DNA of 64,000 bases, from NCBI RefSeq assembly GCF_006345805.1, contig NC_042997.1, positions 170,934,001 to 170,998,000 on the forward strand. The letters are read 5' to 3'. Position numbers and translations under genes: made by a program. Of the stretch, positions 24,354-38,950 are shown in pieces. The notes under the pieces were generated by a model. The model saw nothing but the letters and a program-made list of their open reading frames with translations. It was not told the origin of the DNA and did not search any database. Position 1 is the stretch's first letter; every line of letters begins with the position of its first letter. This DNA comes from Octopus sinensis (lineage: Eukaryota).

Positions 24354-26479
24354 TATATATATGTGTGTGTGTGTGATGAGCTTCTTTCAGTTTCCATCTA
24401 CCAAATCCATTCACAAGGTTTGGGACTATAGCAGAAGGCACTTTGCCCAAGGTGCTTCACAGTGGGACTGAACCCAGAACCATGTGGTAAGGAATTAAAC
24501 TTCTTACCATACAGCCATGCCTGCACCTATACATCCATATATACATAACACACATACACACACATGTGAGGCATCGTTAACTTGTTTTTTTCACTCTGTT
24601 TATCCTTTATCTCTCTTTCTTACTTCAGCTATTTGCTTGCATATATTTTCCCACCACTGTAAGTAACTTTGTTAATCAAGATATTTATTATGTGAATTAT
24701 TTTAATTTTGGTAATTTTATATTTCTCTTCCCCATCTCTCTACCTCCTCCACCATGAATTCTATGTAAGGGAGGAAGAATTTTTGTAATTCATAACAACA
24801 ATTTCAGATGATAGATTCTTATTTGCAAGAAAAGGTTGTTGTTTTGTGGTTTGAGGCAGGTGACAAATCTTCCACCTATCATCCTTTTATATTCTGTAGA
24901 CAAAAATCTCTTTTTACCTAACAAACTGTTACTATAATTCTAACAAGCTACAAGGGTAGTCTTCAGTGATACAACAGCGAGTCTAATAATGATTTCCAAC
25001 AGTTCATTTATTTTGTAAGAGGAAACAGTCAAATTAATTGATTCTATTCCACAATTGGCATTTAATTCATTCAACCCCCAGAAAGATAAAAAAACAATAT
25101 CAAATCTGGTTGGATTTGAACTTGTAGTGGGGCTTCTGTGCTTTTGACTCATCATACATACATGCACTATTACATTGCCTAGATATAAAAAAAAACAGGC
25201 AAATGCAGCATTTTAGATTTAAAAAAATTAAGGCAAAAACTATTTCAGTAGGTTTTCTTCCCTTTTGGTAAATGTGTCTTCAGAATTGGTTGAAGTAGTT
25301 AGGCAGTTCAGACAGTCATGTGAGGAGAGAGCAAAGGGAGAGAAGAGTGAGATGATAGTGGGGTACAGTGATGTGTATAACTGAAGTGGGACCCGCCCAC
25401 TCACTCTATCCAGTCCTGGGTCCCACTTCACATCTTCACCAGCTTCTCTCCCCTCTTCTCTCTTTCTCCCCTACTGAGAGGGTAGCCATGTATCCCCTTT
25501 ATTGTAAGATGCCCATTTCTGTTCCTCTACCCCTACTCTAACCTCCAATCACCTGGCATGAACCCATCTTCTTAAATACTATCTCACCTCCCAGTCAAGG
25601 TCTTTTGTCACAGCGACCCTTCTGGTGCTACATAAAAAGCACCCAGTCCACTCTGTAAAGTGGTTGGTGTTAGAAAGGGCATTTGACTGTAGAAACCATG
25701 CCAAAGTAGACAGTAGAGTTTGGTACAATCTTCTGACTTGACAACACCTCTCAAATTATCCAGCCCATGCCAGCATAGAAAATGGACATATGATGATGAT
25801 GGTTAGCCTACATTACTCTGTAAGGAGCATAGGGCCAATTTGTCCTAGATTACTTATGTTTACCAGCTGAGTGGCCTGGAGCAATGTAAAATGAAGTGCT
25901 TGACTGAAGAATGCAACACATCATCCGGTCTAGGAATTGAAAATACAATCTTACGATCCTGAGTCCAACACCCTAACCAATAAGCCATGCACCTCCAAGA
26001 TGATGATAATGAAACCTGACTGAAATTGAGATCCTAAAATAACCAATTAAACCTGACTAAAAATAAGTGCTCCTTGGAACCTGTTTTGGCGACAGTAAAT
26101 CTATAATATGATTTGCAATTCTCATATTTAGAATTTGACAACTTAGCATGGCTAATAAAGCCAAAGTCAACAAGCATGCTTCAAATAAGCTCTCACCTCA
26201 CACTCTCACTTCTCTCTTATATACACATACTAACAACATCTTAAATACTCTCTCCTTATTCATAACGAAGTGTATGAACTTTAAATGCTATCCTAAATAT
26301 TGTCATGTATTAAATGTATACAGAACAAAGTTCTGTTCTTGTCGGTGAATTAAATTATGTTATAAAAATGGAAGTGTTCTTCTCATCTATTACTACAATG
26401 CTGACAGCCTGCTATTTCTAGTAAGCTGCATTTCTCTATTCAACTTGATATGAAATGATAATAGTTGTCATTCATTATG

Positions 26480-26832
26480 TTTTATTTCAGTTATTGGAAC
26501 CCTTAAGGAGTTTTAGTTGAACAAAGTAACCCCAGTATTAATTTTAAAAACCTGGCACTTATTTTGTCAATCTCTTTTGCTGAACTGTTAAGTTACAGGG
26601 ATGCAAACAAACCAACATGGTTGTCAAGCAGTAGTGGGGATAAACACAAAGACACACACACACACACACAACAAGCTTCTTTCAGTTTCTTTTCCCCAAA
26701 TCCACTCACTAAGCTTTGGTTGATCTGGGGCTATAGTAAAAAAAAACATTTGCCCAAGGTACCATACAGTAGGACTGAACCCAAAATCATGTGGCTGAGA
26801 AGCAAACTTCTTACCACACAGGTACATGTGCC
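26480..26832 (-). mobile_element. SINE family A (decayed)
   Basis: Inverse of the family A consensus. Further decayed copies lie at about 29826-30000 (+), 30738-30960 (-), 42868-43160 (-), 47040-47195 (-), 54965-55262 (-), 57195-57360 (+), 59050-59166 (+) and 59430-59665 (+). Confidence 0.8.
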
Positions 26833-28468
26833 TGTCACAAACATGATATCACTTACAAACTCAAAACATACAGGGGACATCATTAAGGACCATAAGCCAC
26901 TTTACCATATTCCATCTCAATAATAATAAGTGGAGAAGTGGGGAAGAAAATAACAAAAAGGAAAAAATTCAAAAGAAGACTCTATTCAATTAAACCATGC
27001 TAATTAACAAAACCTAAAACAGAAGGAGGCTACCATCAGAACGCATCTCTTTCCATTTTGAAAATTTATATCAAAATTATATCAAAATTTAAAATAACAG
27101 TAGAGCTTCAGCATTACTGCACCTCTGGAGCTGAAACTAGTAAAGGAAATAATAATAGTAAATAAATAAATGAATTAAAGTTTGTACTTTACAACTTCTG
27201 CTAGAAGTGAATACCTAGCAACCTTAACTCTAAATCTGTATCAGTTTACCTTATCAAATGTAATGTTATTTTATTCACACTATTGTTTTACCAAGTAGCT
27301 GTGAGATTTTGATGATGTGATTGTTCATTTTTAGAATAACATTGTAGAGTAGGTGTGAGAGGCCAGATCTGGCCAATTTTAACTTATCATAAAGCAGGTA
27401 GAAAATTAGGGCTGGCTACGATTAGTTTAAAGCCTAACAGGTTAATGTACTGCTTCCTACTACACTAGCCCATGAGCAACGTTCTCTCTAAGCCGTGTGC
27501 TAGTGTACACACACACACACACACACACTTTACAACTGGTACACAAAGGGAAGCAAAATGTGTACACACAAAGTTTTCAAGATGAACTTGAACTTCTTTT
27601 AAATGAAGAAACTTGGGCAATGCCAAAAGAGACAAAATTTACACAAAAAATTTCTGCACACACCTACATTAAGAAAATTAGAGGGTGCCCACGAGTCATG
27701 ATTTCTTTTACCCATTTTCCATCAGGTCTTGCAAAAAGGGCCACAAGCATTGTTCTTCCTCTTCTGACTGGCCTACAATCCCCTTCTACCAAAAAATAAA
27801 CTAATCAAATTCTATTCTGAATAGCAGGACTTAGTAAGACATGATTGTTATCATATAGGATATATAATAATTATATCATAGAAGATTAGTGAGCAGAATA
27901 TCCTTATACATTGTACTCTGAGTAGCGAATCTCTAAATCTATATATGGTGTTATTCTTAGACTTGCTTTAAAGTAAGAACCTCGATGTAACATTTATATC
28001 ATAACATCTATTTTTTATAATTTATTGAGCTTCTTCATTTTGAGATATTTTCTTTGATTATGAATCACTATGCAAATGACAGAAGCCAGAAGATATAATA
28101 ATCCTTGAAGTAAAAAAACAAACAAAAAAAATCAAAACAATCAAACTTAAAATTATATCCCAACATATTACTCGATATTGCAAACATGAATTACATGTTG
28201 GTTTCTTTTTTTTAAACGATAGTTTTTTTCTTTTTTTTTCATCTTCTTCCACACAGATTAATAACATGTTCTAAACAATATCACTGCTGCCACTGCTGTC
28301 CTCATCAAATAGGGATGGTGGTGGTGTGATGGTAGTAATAGAAGTAGTCCTTGAAGAACTTAATTTCTTTTGATTAAGGCACAAGCCTGGCTTTTGTATG
28401 TAAACGAAAACAGATAACTGAACCACTGATCTAAATAAATAACTGGTACTTTATATAATATATATATG

Positions 28469-28522
<54 letters not shown>

Positions 28523-30527
28523 CAATAGAATTGTTGTTCTTGAGCTCCAGGTCAAATCTTGATTAAAGACATAGCTATTGTAATGATTCTTTTTTTTTTC
28601 AATGATAAATCTTGATAATCATATGCAAGCTTACCTTTTTTAATTTTGTTTTTAAAGATGGTTGGATGAGATTTGAGGGATATCTGACTGCTATTTCTTG
28701 CAAATTGAGCAAACACATAAAGGTTTCCTCAATGGTTCACATAATATGTGGTAATTTCTGGATATAATATTTCAAGTCAAGAACGTGAACCACTGCAATA
28801 TTTCTCTCTCATGGAAAAAAAAAAACACTGTAGAAAACTATAGTCATCTATTCTTAGTATTATTTTAACTGTTTACTGCTACCAAAACATTTTCATTAAG
28901 CATAGAAAGTTATTGGATATAGTGATGATATTTAATGTCAAGAACACAAATAACTAGTCGTATTTCTTTCTAGTACAAGTAGAAAATATTATTATCTTAC
29001 CATAGAATAAAAGAGAAGAGAAAGAAGGGAAAAAAAATTGCAGTCATAATAAGAACAGCTGGCAGATGTAATGTTGTTATTCCAGTACTAGTTTCATAAG
29101 GAGACACACAAGGCTTATTAACTGAAAGGGAGTAGTATAATGGTAGTGAGGTGGGGGTGGATGTATGACTTTTGTTCCTATAAGTGACCTTTTAATATGA
29201 TTTTTAACCAGTCGGGACATTATAAATGAAAATGAAACTAAAAATTTGATGTAACATATTGATAAAAAAATTTTCCAATAACATCGCAAAGTAAATATAT
29301 TTAAAATATGTTTGTTTTTTTAAAGTTTGTTATTAAAAGAATAGCAGGACAAACACAAGGGGGAAAATCCAATATTAAATCCTTTATTAAATACAACCGC
29401 TGACTTAATTGTTCAAATATAACTGGAATAAACTTTGTTTTTCATCCCCAGAGGGTAATCAATAAATACATTAGTAGTGTTAAATGGCTATAAATTACCC
29501 AACCCACACCATACATTAGTTTACATCTATAAAAAAATTTCAAATAAAAAATAAAAATACTAATTAAGATATATCTCAATTTTAATTTTTTAATGAAAAT
29601 AGAATGTATATATTTCTTTTTTTGCAGCTACTAAAGTCTATATTTTATTTCTCTAAAAACTTAATTACTCTAGTAAGTAATTAGTGATAATAGATTGGAT
29701 CTGAAGTCATGTAGTAGATATAGTGATCTATTCTGATATGATAGTGTTACATTTGCTATATAATAAAACACACTACTACAACTTAATTTAATAAATTCTA
29801 CAGATCATATCAGTTTCACATTGTGTACGTTAGTTCCCCACAACTGCTTGATAACTGGTATTGGTTTGTTTACATCCCCTCCATATCGGTTTGGCAAAAG
29901 TGGCTGATAGATTAAGTACCAACGTCAATTTGTTCTAAACCCTTGGAGGCAATGCTCCAGCATGGTTGCAACCCAATGACTATAAGTAAAAGATAAAAGC
30001 AATACACCAAACTGGAACTGAACTTTGTGGAGAATCTCTGGTGCAATACTGTCACTTTTGAAGTACTTACCAAGTTCCCATATATTTTAGAGTGTTCTTT
30101 TTTTTTCTTTTATAATCTTTTATAATCCGGTGCTTTCTGGATATGAGTACCCTGTCATTTTCTAAGACAATATACCTAGGACTGCATTAACTGTGTCCTT
30201 CTTTGTTTAAAAGTAGTGTTTATCTGAAGGCAATTTAGGTGTTATTTCTAGTAGTTCAAGACTACTTATTCCTTGCAGAGGCTCTGTCATTAGCTTGAAA
30301 TGGGATTTAATAGAAAAAGAAGAAGTCTTTTAACTCCATAGAATATCAACTTACACTTAATTAATTAACCAACTTGATAGATGATATATCAAGAATTAGT
30401 TAACCGATAAATTCATAATCCTGTCTAATACTCTTCTATATTTAAATCCTTAATCTGGGAGAGGTTTAAAAAAAACACTTATGTTGAAATGATTTCTTTA
30501 CAGATTATTTAGTATTACATAACAGTA

Positions 30528-30559
<32 letters not shown>

Positions 30560-33500
30560 ACAACAAAATACTCACACACTACATAACTGATAAACAAATA
30601 TTTATAGCAATTATAAACAAATATTTATAGCAAACTGCTTCATAATAGAAAGCAAACTGCTTCATAATAGAAAGAAGAAAGTTTCTTTCAGAAAGAAGGA
30701 AAAAAAGTTTCTATCAGTTAGAAAAGATAGAGATTTTTATTCTTTTACTTGTTTTAGTCATTTGACTGTGGCTATGTTGGAGTACCGCCTTAAAGGGTTT
30801 GTTTTAGTCGATGAATTTGACCCCAGGACTTATTCTTTGTAAGCCTAGTACTTATTATATTGGTCTCTTTTGCTGAACTGCTAAGTTATGGGGATGTAAA
30901 AACACCAACATCAGTTATCAAGCCATGGGCAGGGGTACAAACACAGACACACAATATCTACGATTATATTGTCTTACTCTTTCCAATCCCCAATTCACTT
31001 CACAATATATACCCTGTTGGAACTTGGGTTTATAGCTGTTTCCCCCTCTTTGTCACATCTTCCCCGTTTTTCTCTTTCTCCTCCATCTAAAGAAACCATG
31101 TCTTACTGCTGTCTACCCCCAGCCCCCAGTTGAAGGATCTTGTCCTGCAAGTTACTAGGTGATCTCACTGCTGCTGGTGTCACGTAAAAAGCACCTAGTA
31201 CACTCGGTAAAATAACTGGTATTAGGAAGGGTATCTAGCTATAAAAACCAGGCCAAAACAGACAGTAGATTTTGGTGTAGTCTTCTGACTAGCCTCTTCC
31301 TGTCAAACTGTCCTGCCCATGCTAGCATGGAAAGCAGACGTTAAATAATTGATGATGATGATGATGATGGCGAGGAAGATTTAGCTGCTATTATTTACAA
31401 ATTGACCAAGTATGTCAAAGTTCTTTGTTGACTTAGTCTGGATATTTCATGGTTAATGTGACAGTCACCTGTATTACTATTTGCCCTACAAAACCAGACA
31501 TTGGTTGTTTTCGCAAACAATGGACAGATATTACTGCAATGACCTGAAAATAGGCTTATTTAGCATGTGAGCCCACGTGCTACACAGTGAGAGAAAGCAA
31601 GACAGATTCAGATAGAACGAAAATTGTTATTAATCAATAGAGATGCTCAATTATAACACAAAGGTGTGTGAAAAAGAATATCATGTTTATTCTCCCCACA
31701 CTTACAAAAGTGCCCAGATAATGTATGTGCATGTGTGTGTGTGAGAGAGAGAAAGAGTGAGTGAGTGAGATTGTGTGTGTGTGCGTGCATGCCTGAAATA
31801 GAGAGAAAGAGTAGAAGAGGGTTCCTATTAAAAATGTTTACACAAAGATTTATACCAGCTGGAAAGTACTGAATAGCCAGCCTTCCTAGGCAGTTTAAGC
31901 TGATGATATTCCCAGTTATGAGCAAGCTGGAGTGGGGGCAAGGCACAAAATTAAACTGGTTGTCTTTTAATATTATTAGTTTGTTCAATATATCAGTTTT
32001 CCAGCATTTCTAACGGTTGTATGATATTCTCTCAAGAACCAAACGCAGTGGGGCTGAAAGCAATGATACACATTCAACTGTTAGTGTGACAGTCATGATG
32101 AGTTATTTTGTCTGAGTATCAGTCTCAACAGTAAAGTGTTGTGTACTATTCACATCTTAGTACTTGTGCTAGACTGGATATTAGGTTAATCTTTCCATGT
32201 CAATATTTGTAATGAGATACAGAATGTAAAAACGAACAAAATGCTGCTAAGCATTTTACCCAGTGTGCTAACGATTCTGCCAGCTTGCTGCCTTGAATAC
32301 TACTACTACTACTACTACTAATAATAATAATAATAACAACAACAATAATAATAATAATTTTGGAAACAATCAAGGGTTTATTTTGGATCTTTTCTGTTTG
32401 GGCTTCAATTAATGAAATTTCAAATTTAAGCCCAAATTTTCAAATTTGGTATATTCATGTAATTTTTCACACTGAACCTGATGTTGTTATTCCACTTGTT
32501 CCAGAAAAGTTTGATAATTTTTACCCAATCAGGAAACGGGATTTTGTGTGTAACAACATTACGATGATGAAACACTCAACAGTGGGAGTTGTAATAAGTT
32601 TTAATTAATGAAGTCATGCGAATGTAATGTGAAAAAATGCCAACTCCTCCCAAAGAACACCCAACATCATAACTGGGGAAGGATATACTAGATTGTAGTA
32701 ACTCTAAAACTGTGTTCAGCATTAGAATGCTCCTTTTGGTCAAAGACCTGCCTGATTAACCTACTTTACTCACACACTACATGAGAGCTTGGTTTGTTAC
32801 TATGGAAACAGGCACTATTATGTCTGTGGGTTTTGATAGGCTAAAATTACTCAAGATTTGCAAACTTTAAAAGCTATTAAGTTTCTATTTATTAATCTAA
32901 GACAAAAATGAATTTCATTTCCATATTTAGCATACAAAACTACATCAATACACCAAATTAGAAATCAGTTGGAACAAAATTGAAGGAATTGAAAAGTGAA
33001 AGACAAACAGGAAAGATCCTTTATTTGTAGGAATTTAGTAATGACAAAGTCAGTTATTTAAGTTGATGTTATGCAAGAACTTAACATAATGGATTTTATT
33101 ATATACAAGCTTAAAAGCCACACTCCATGTGGACTTTAAAGCTAGTTCCTGCAGAGTGCTAATTGGGCCTGTGGCCCCAAACTAAAGAGAGCAATAATAA
33201 TAAAGCATTTATTGGTACCCTACCAATATGATATTGCTTTAAATTCATTTTAAATGAAAAAAACTTGTAAGTCCACAAATTTCCAAGTTCTTTTAAAATT
33301 TGAATTTTCAACTGTTAACATATAACAAATCATCACCCAGACCTGATCTACATGCTGGATAGGCAGATTTTCAATCCTGAGATCATCCTGATCCCAAAAA
33401 GGTATAATATGTCTATGTAGAGCAAATGTTGACTGAGATACAGGGGTCCCAGATGGGCAGTCATAATTTTACATTTATTATTATAGATAAAAAAAAAAAA

Positions 33501-34061
33501 AAAAGAAAGTTATAATCAAAATATGAACACTTTAAAATGAGAAAGTTTGTGCATTAAAACCAAGAGCAGTTAAGGATGTTATCAGAGCAGGTGGACTGAG
33601 AACTGGGGAGGGAGAGGAGAGAGAAAAAGAGAGAGGGTGGGGGGGGAGAAACCAAACAAATTAATAATAAAAGGCATTGTTTAATAGCTTTACTATGTAG
33701 TAGTCAAATTCTGTATCATTAGAACTTAGATACAGTTTCATTTTTTGTAAATGTAACTTGAAACTGATAAACTTTGAACTTGGAACATTAAAGGGGAAAA
33801 AAAAAGGACTTTATAGCAGTTTTAAGTAACGAGATCAAATGATTTTCTACCCCAAACTGGGAAAGGCATGAAACAAAAAGAAGGTAATGTACCTGTGCAT
33901 TGCAAAAACCTCAAGTGCCTTGTCTCTTCGAAAGAAAAAAAATATAAGTAGCCCTTCTGATATGTGGAGTGATATTTACTTTGAGTTAACAAGGAAGGGC
34001 GCAGTGTAAAGAGATAAGCTCAAGTACAGCAACAAAAATATGTCAGAATGGGCCAGTAGTA

Positions 34062-34111
<50 letters not shown>

Positions 34112-34254
34112 CAACAATGATCGAAGTGCTCTTGAAGCATGACCAGTAAACAAGTGTCACCTTAGTCTGCTGGCTGTGGACAGCTGACACTTTCTACCAT
34201 ACCCAACAAAATAAGCAGAGAGTTTTCATCACACAATAATAATAATAATAATTC

Positions 34255-34468
34255 TTCCTACTACAGGAACAAAGCATGAAATTTTGATGAAGGGAGCTAA
34301 TTGATTAGATCAACCCTAGTGCTTGACTAGTACTTATTCTATTTACCTCTAAAGGATGAAAGGCAAAGTCCACCTTGGCAGAATTTGAACACAGAATGTA
34401 AAGATGGACAGAATGCCGTTAAGCATGTTGCCCAGCATGTTAACAATACTGCCAGCTTGCCACCTTGA
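34255..34468 (-). mobile_element. SINE family B inside an (AAT)n tract
   Basis: Inverse of family B, with (AAT)n on both sides (about 34236-34253 and 34469-34485). Confidence 0.85.
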
Positions 34469-35254
34469 ATAATAAATAATAATAATGACGATGATGCTGA
34501 TGATATTCTTTATGTTGGACCCAGCATTTGAGGGGCACTAAACACAATTTGAATATAAATAATCTTTGAAAGTAAAGTGACATTTCATATAATACAGAAC
34601 CAGTAAGCAAACCTACATCTGTGTGAATATATTATTTGGTTTTATGCAACCATGATTTAAAAAAAAATTCAATCTGAAGTTTATTTTAATTATCATGTAT
34701 TAATGTCACATTGAAAACTACAAGGTTTATCTTGCTCATATGGTGAACTTCAACCTAGATGTAAGAAATCTGTCAGATACTTATTTCTATCAGAGGGGTG
34801 AAATGAGAAATCACGGGGAGTTCTTATTTTATTATATATGAGAGAGAGAAAGAGAGAGAGAGAGGGGGAGGGAGGGAAAGAGAAAGAGAAAGCAAGCATG
34901 AAGTGAAAAAGCAGACAGTAGAGTTCTTGTTAAATTACATCAGTTCTTTCTGGAAATTATAATGTATCTATTTCTAACGAGTGAGAAGCGAGAAAACAAA
35001 CACAAGAGGTTTTACTACATCACCCCAGTTATGACTTTCATAAACTGATCTTTAATTTAAACCCATTCAAACTTACTTGCAATTCAAACCCATTCCTTAA
35101 AGATACCTCTCAGACATTCAGAATCCTCTATCAAAGTAAATTTTATTTTCACAACCTATATTTTCCACACAGTTTATGAATATGCTTCTTGAGAGAAACT
35201 CCTTGAATTTTTTGTGAAAAACAAAAAATTCTTTTCAGTATTTACCAATTTTAA

Positions 35255-35922
35255 CCCTTTAACATTCAAACTAGCTACATCTGGTCTGAATATTCTACCT
35301 GTTTTATGTTCAAACCAGCCAGATCCGACCTCTTCCCCCTACCCTACAATATCATTCTAAAAATAATTATATCATTGAAATCTCGCAGGTTCAAGATAAT
35401 GCAAAATAAAGGTTATTTTTTTCTCTAAATACAATTGTTAATACTGTGGAATTTTCAACAGAATGTTTGGTTTTTTTTCAACATTTCAAGTGGAGATTAA
35501 TTTATTTTGCAATTACTTTTATGGCTTCAGCAAGTAGCAATTCTGATTTGGAAAGATTTACACTTGAAGACTTACAAAATGTAGAAGAAAAACAGAGACA
35601 ATAACAAAAACTTGTCTTTGGATGAATCAGCTATAGATGGTTTTTGGATTTTCTTCTGACAAGGATGCCATTTAAAATATTATGGTGACATAGTCAAACA
35701 ATACAATGCCAATACATATCCCCAATTTTATTGAAACCACATAATTAATTGTGTGAATCATTGGCATTTAAGCACCTACTGACAAAATTTTGAATCTACA
35801 TATAGAATAAAAAAAAATAATAAAAGTTATAAACAAATATTGACAACTCACTTGAACATAATTCAAAACAATATGAATAAATAATATTGCATTTGACAGA
35901 GTAATATCTAAATACTAAGGGG
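35255..35922 (+). mobile_element. Longer internally deleted piggyBac related to MITE P2, with probable transposase N-terminus remnant
   Basis: TTAA|CCCTTTAACATT left end; the first 150 bp and last 60 bp match P2. ATG at 35521 gives MASASSNSDLERFTLEDLQNVEEKQRQ*, then a frameshifted NLSLDESAIDGFW. An acidic, Ser-rich start is typical of piggyBac transposases (inference). Confidence 0.65.
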
Positions 35923-36911
35923 TCACATCAGTCATGTCTTTTAACTGGAGATGTAACTATTTACTGATTAGCTGAAAGGATGGTGAAGAGAAATAAAAAT
36001 CTAAAAACCTCTTGTTACTACTTTAGTTCAATTAAACAGAGATGCCAACATCAAGACAATATTACATAAAATACAACAAAGTATGCTTGGCCCTGGCAAG
36101 TAGCCAAGATATTAGATCATTATGAGCAAAGTATGAAGTAAAATGTTACCAATTCTCTTGACACAGTAATTGGAGCCTGAAAGGCTTGTAGCTCAAACAA
36201 TACAATCAACAGTTTTATCATGTCTAATCAATCATTCGTACAAATGTTATTGAGAATTGATGGATAAAAACATAATGATTTCCAGACTTTATAAATACAA
36301 TTTAAACGAATTTATAAAACTGCCACATTTTGTGGAACATCTTACAAAGGATGATGCTGAGTAGAACAAATATATTTCTATATACATTATCAAAAAGGAT
36401 GAGAAAATGTTATAAAACTAGTAAGCATTTATTCTTTTGAATAAACAGTAAGACATTTTAGCTAAAAATAAATTTTTAAAAAAATCACTTTTTCTGATGC
36501 TAAAAAGTACAAGATTTGTAAAATCAAAAACAAGTAAGAAAACAATGTCTTTTACCCAGTTTTTGCAAGTCCTTTAGACAGATAATATGATAAAACTGAT
36601 AAGTTCTATTAGAAACAGTAAAATGAAAATAAAAATCAACTGAAATTTGGATTGCAATATATACTAATTGGCTACGGTTGTCAAGCCACTTCAGTCTGTT
36701 TTATTAGCAAACTGTCTTATTAATGGAGTAAGAAATTCCAGTTAAGATAAATTGATTATGTTTAAAGACCAGCTTCTATTTGACATGACCAAATGAATAT
36801 ATTATTTATAGTGATTTCATTACTATTAATTAAAGACTAAAATTTGTTTCACTTGAGATGTTTTTAATAACTGATTTCTCTTTTATTTCCACTTGAAACA
36901 CAGTTTAAGAT

Positions 36912-37360
36912 ATCATGATCACCATCATGAACTGTTTGAATCCTTGGCAGAACATAAGCTCCCTTATGGCTCTATTCCAATACTAGCATTATTCACTTCC
37001 TTCAGGTATCCTACCTCGCTTCTTTTGAATTTCAGTCCAAGGGTTTTTCCATGTACATCTTGCTATCTGTTGGTTGATTGGTTCCTGTTTGTTCAGCCCA
37101 GGGGTTTTTGTTGCTCACTATTTCTGGATACCTAATGTTAAAGATGTTCAAGAATGCCTGGAGCTTTAAAGATATTTATTTTCATTTGCCTTGATTCAGT
37201 GCTATTAACAGGATAGATTTGATGTTGTTATTGAAAGTTCTCCAGTTAGATATGTCTTGTAAGAACCTTTGTTTCTCAGCCAGGATTTAAAATATTGCAA
37301 GGCTGACTCACACTCCCAAATCTTACTTCAACCTTTCACAGACAAACACTTCTTAGACAC
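36912..37360 (-). mobile_element. RTE-clade LINE 3' fragment (decayed)
   Basis: Minus-strand peptides RTFNNNIKSILL (37241-37206), IFNIRYPEIVSNKNPW (37145-37098), EPINQQIARCTWK (37084-37046), LCSAKDSNSS*, then a (TGA)-like tail. These match RTE ORF C-terminal motifs (RIFNxNVKxVLLYG, ILxIxWPxxISNxxLW, IxxRxWKW, GLCS). Confidence 0.8.
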
Positions 37361-38852
37361 TTGAAAAATTTCACTTTGGTTAATGTTAAATTAGAGAAAT
37401 TACCAAATTGAATCTCTTTCTTTTCAACCATAAAACTGTAAATAAGTGATATATCTGAAAGAGCAGTGTTTCTAGTAACAACTATAAAATTATTTACTAA
37501 TTTAACGAATAGATCTGGCCTGTTTGTTCAAATTTACAAGGGTTAATCTGGTTCTTTATAATAGATTAATGTACCAATCTGAGCTACCAATAATGATTGA
37601 ACTAGGTATGTACAGTTGTTTGGCACTTTTAGAACTTGAATAAAAAAAAAACACAGCAGTTCTGAATGTGGAAACAAGAACACTTACAGGATATAAGGAA
37701 ATCTCTCTATATAGTTGTTAGAGTAGCAAGACATAGCAACCAAATCTCTCTCAAACCATACTATACATCTTCATAAGGACAAACATATTGGATGATAATG
37801 TCCCCAGGCCTAAACATCACTAGTGATTCCTTTTTATTTTATTCTCTCCAACCAAGATCAAATTACAATAATGATGCTAACAGGTAAGGCTATGATCATT
37901 GCGTACCTATCCTGAACTTTATTAATTAAAAGAAATATTTCACCCAGTATTATAAACCTAAAGAGCTAAAGAAAAGTGGAAATTCTTCTTTATTTAATGT
38001 ACGTTGATACTAAACTGTCTTATATCCGTTAGTAACTGAAAAAAAGGTTGTGTTACAACATACTATATGAATGGGAATGTGTATTTATATTGCATTTCTG
38101 ATTTTCATTCATTCATTCATTGTATAACTCAAAAGTCACTCAGCATATGACCTACTTATTAACCAGACCTGAGATGCATACTTATTCAAATAATTTGCCA
38201 AAATGTCAAGTTTTGGCAGTGAAGGAGGAGGACAAACTATTTTCATTAGTTACTATGATAATAACAACAAGAAATACCGTCCAGTACTTTCCAATATAAT
38301 TAAACAAACTAATCAAATAAATAGTGTAAATAAACAGTACTGGCATCTATTTCTTCTTGAAGAGTGTAGTGGACAACTTGAATGGAATGAATAATAGTTG
38401 CAATAATTAAAAATTTAATAATTAATGAAATGAACAAAAATTTGACCAAGAGACCTCAATTAGTCACATTATGGCGGTAAAATGCAAATTTGCCATTATG
38501 TCTATATTATGACATCATAGAATTGGACACTATCAGTGCACTGAAAATCTTCAAGAAACATATGTTTATATCTTATAGACCATAAATAAAACAAGCCATT
38601 GAAAGAGCTTCTATGCAATCACTTAAGCAGCTAGAAATAGCAGTTAAATCTCTCAAAATCTAGAGTCATAACTTCATACCTACATTCATTATTAAATTAT
38701 GATTGCTCAAAGAAATGTGAAGGAGCATGGCTAATCATGATCTCACAAGAAATAAAAGAAACAAGGGTAAGACACACGTCCATGCAAATATTTTATGCAG
38801 TTTTATAGAATTAAAAAATTATGCATGATGTTCAAGTAGAGCAGCCACTTCA

Positions 38853-38854
<2 letters not shown>

Positions 38855-38895
<41 letters not shown>

Positions 38896-38910
38896 TGTGT
38901 GTGTGTGTGT

Positions 38911-38949
<39 letters not shown>

Positions 38950-38950
38950 T
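38855..38950. repeat. (TG)n(AG)n microsatellite
   Basis: Directly visible. Confidence 0.95.

Noticed and set aside
27497-27799. 100-aa ORF or exon (FQDELELLLNEETW...)
   Set aside because: It starts in a (CA)n tract, plausible-looking peptides occur on both strands, and there is no recognisable domain or paired splice sites.
33330-33400. Exon candidate DLIYMLDRQIFNPEIILIPKR
   Set aside because: The acceptor is weak and the antisense frame is equally open and protein-like; it cannot be supported without expression data.
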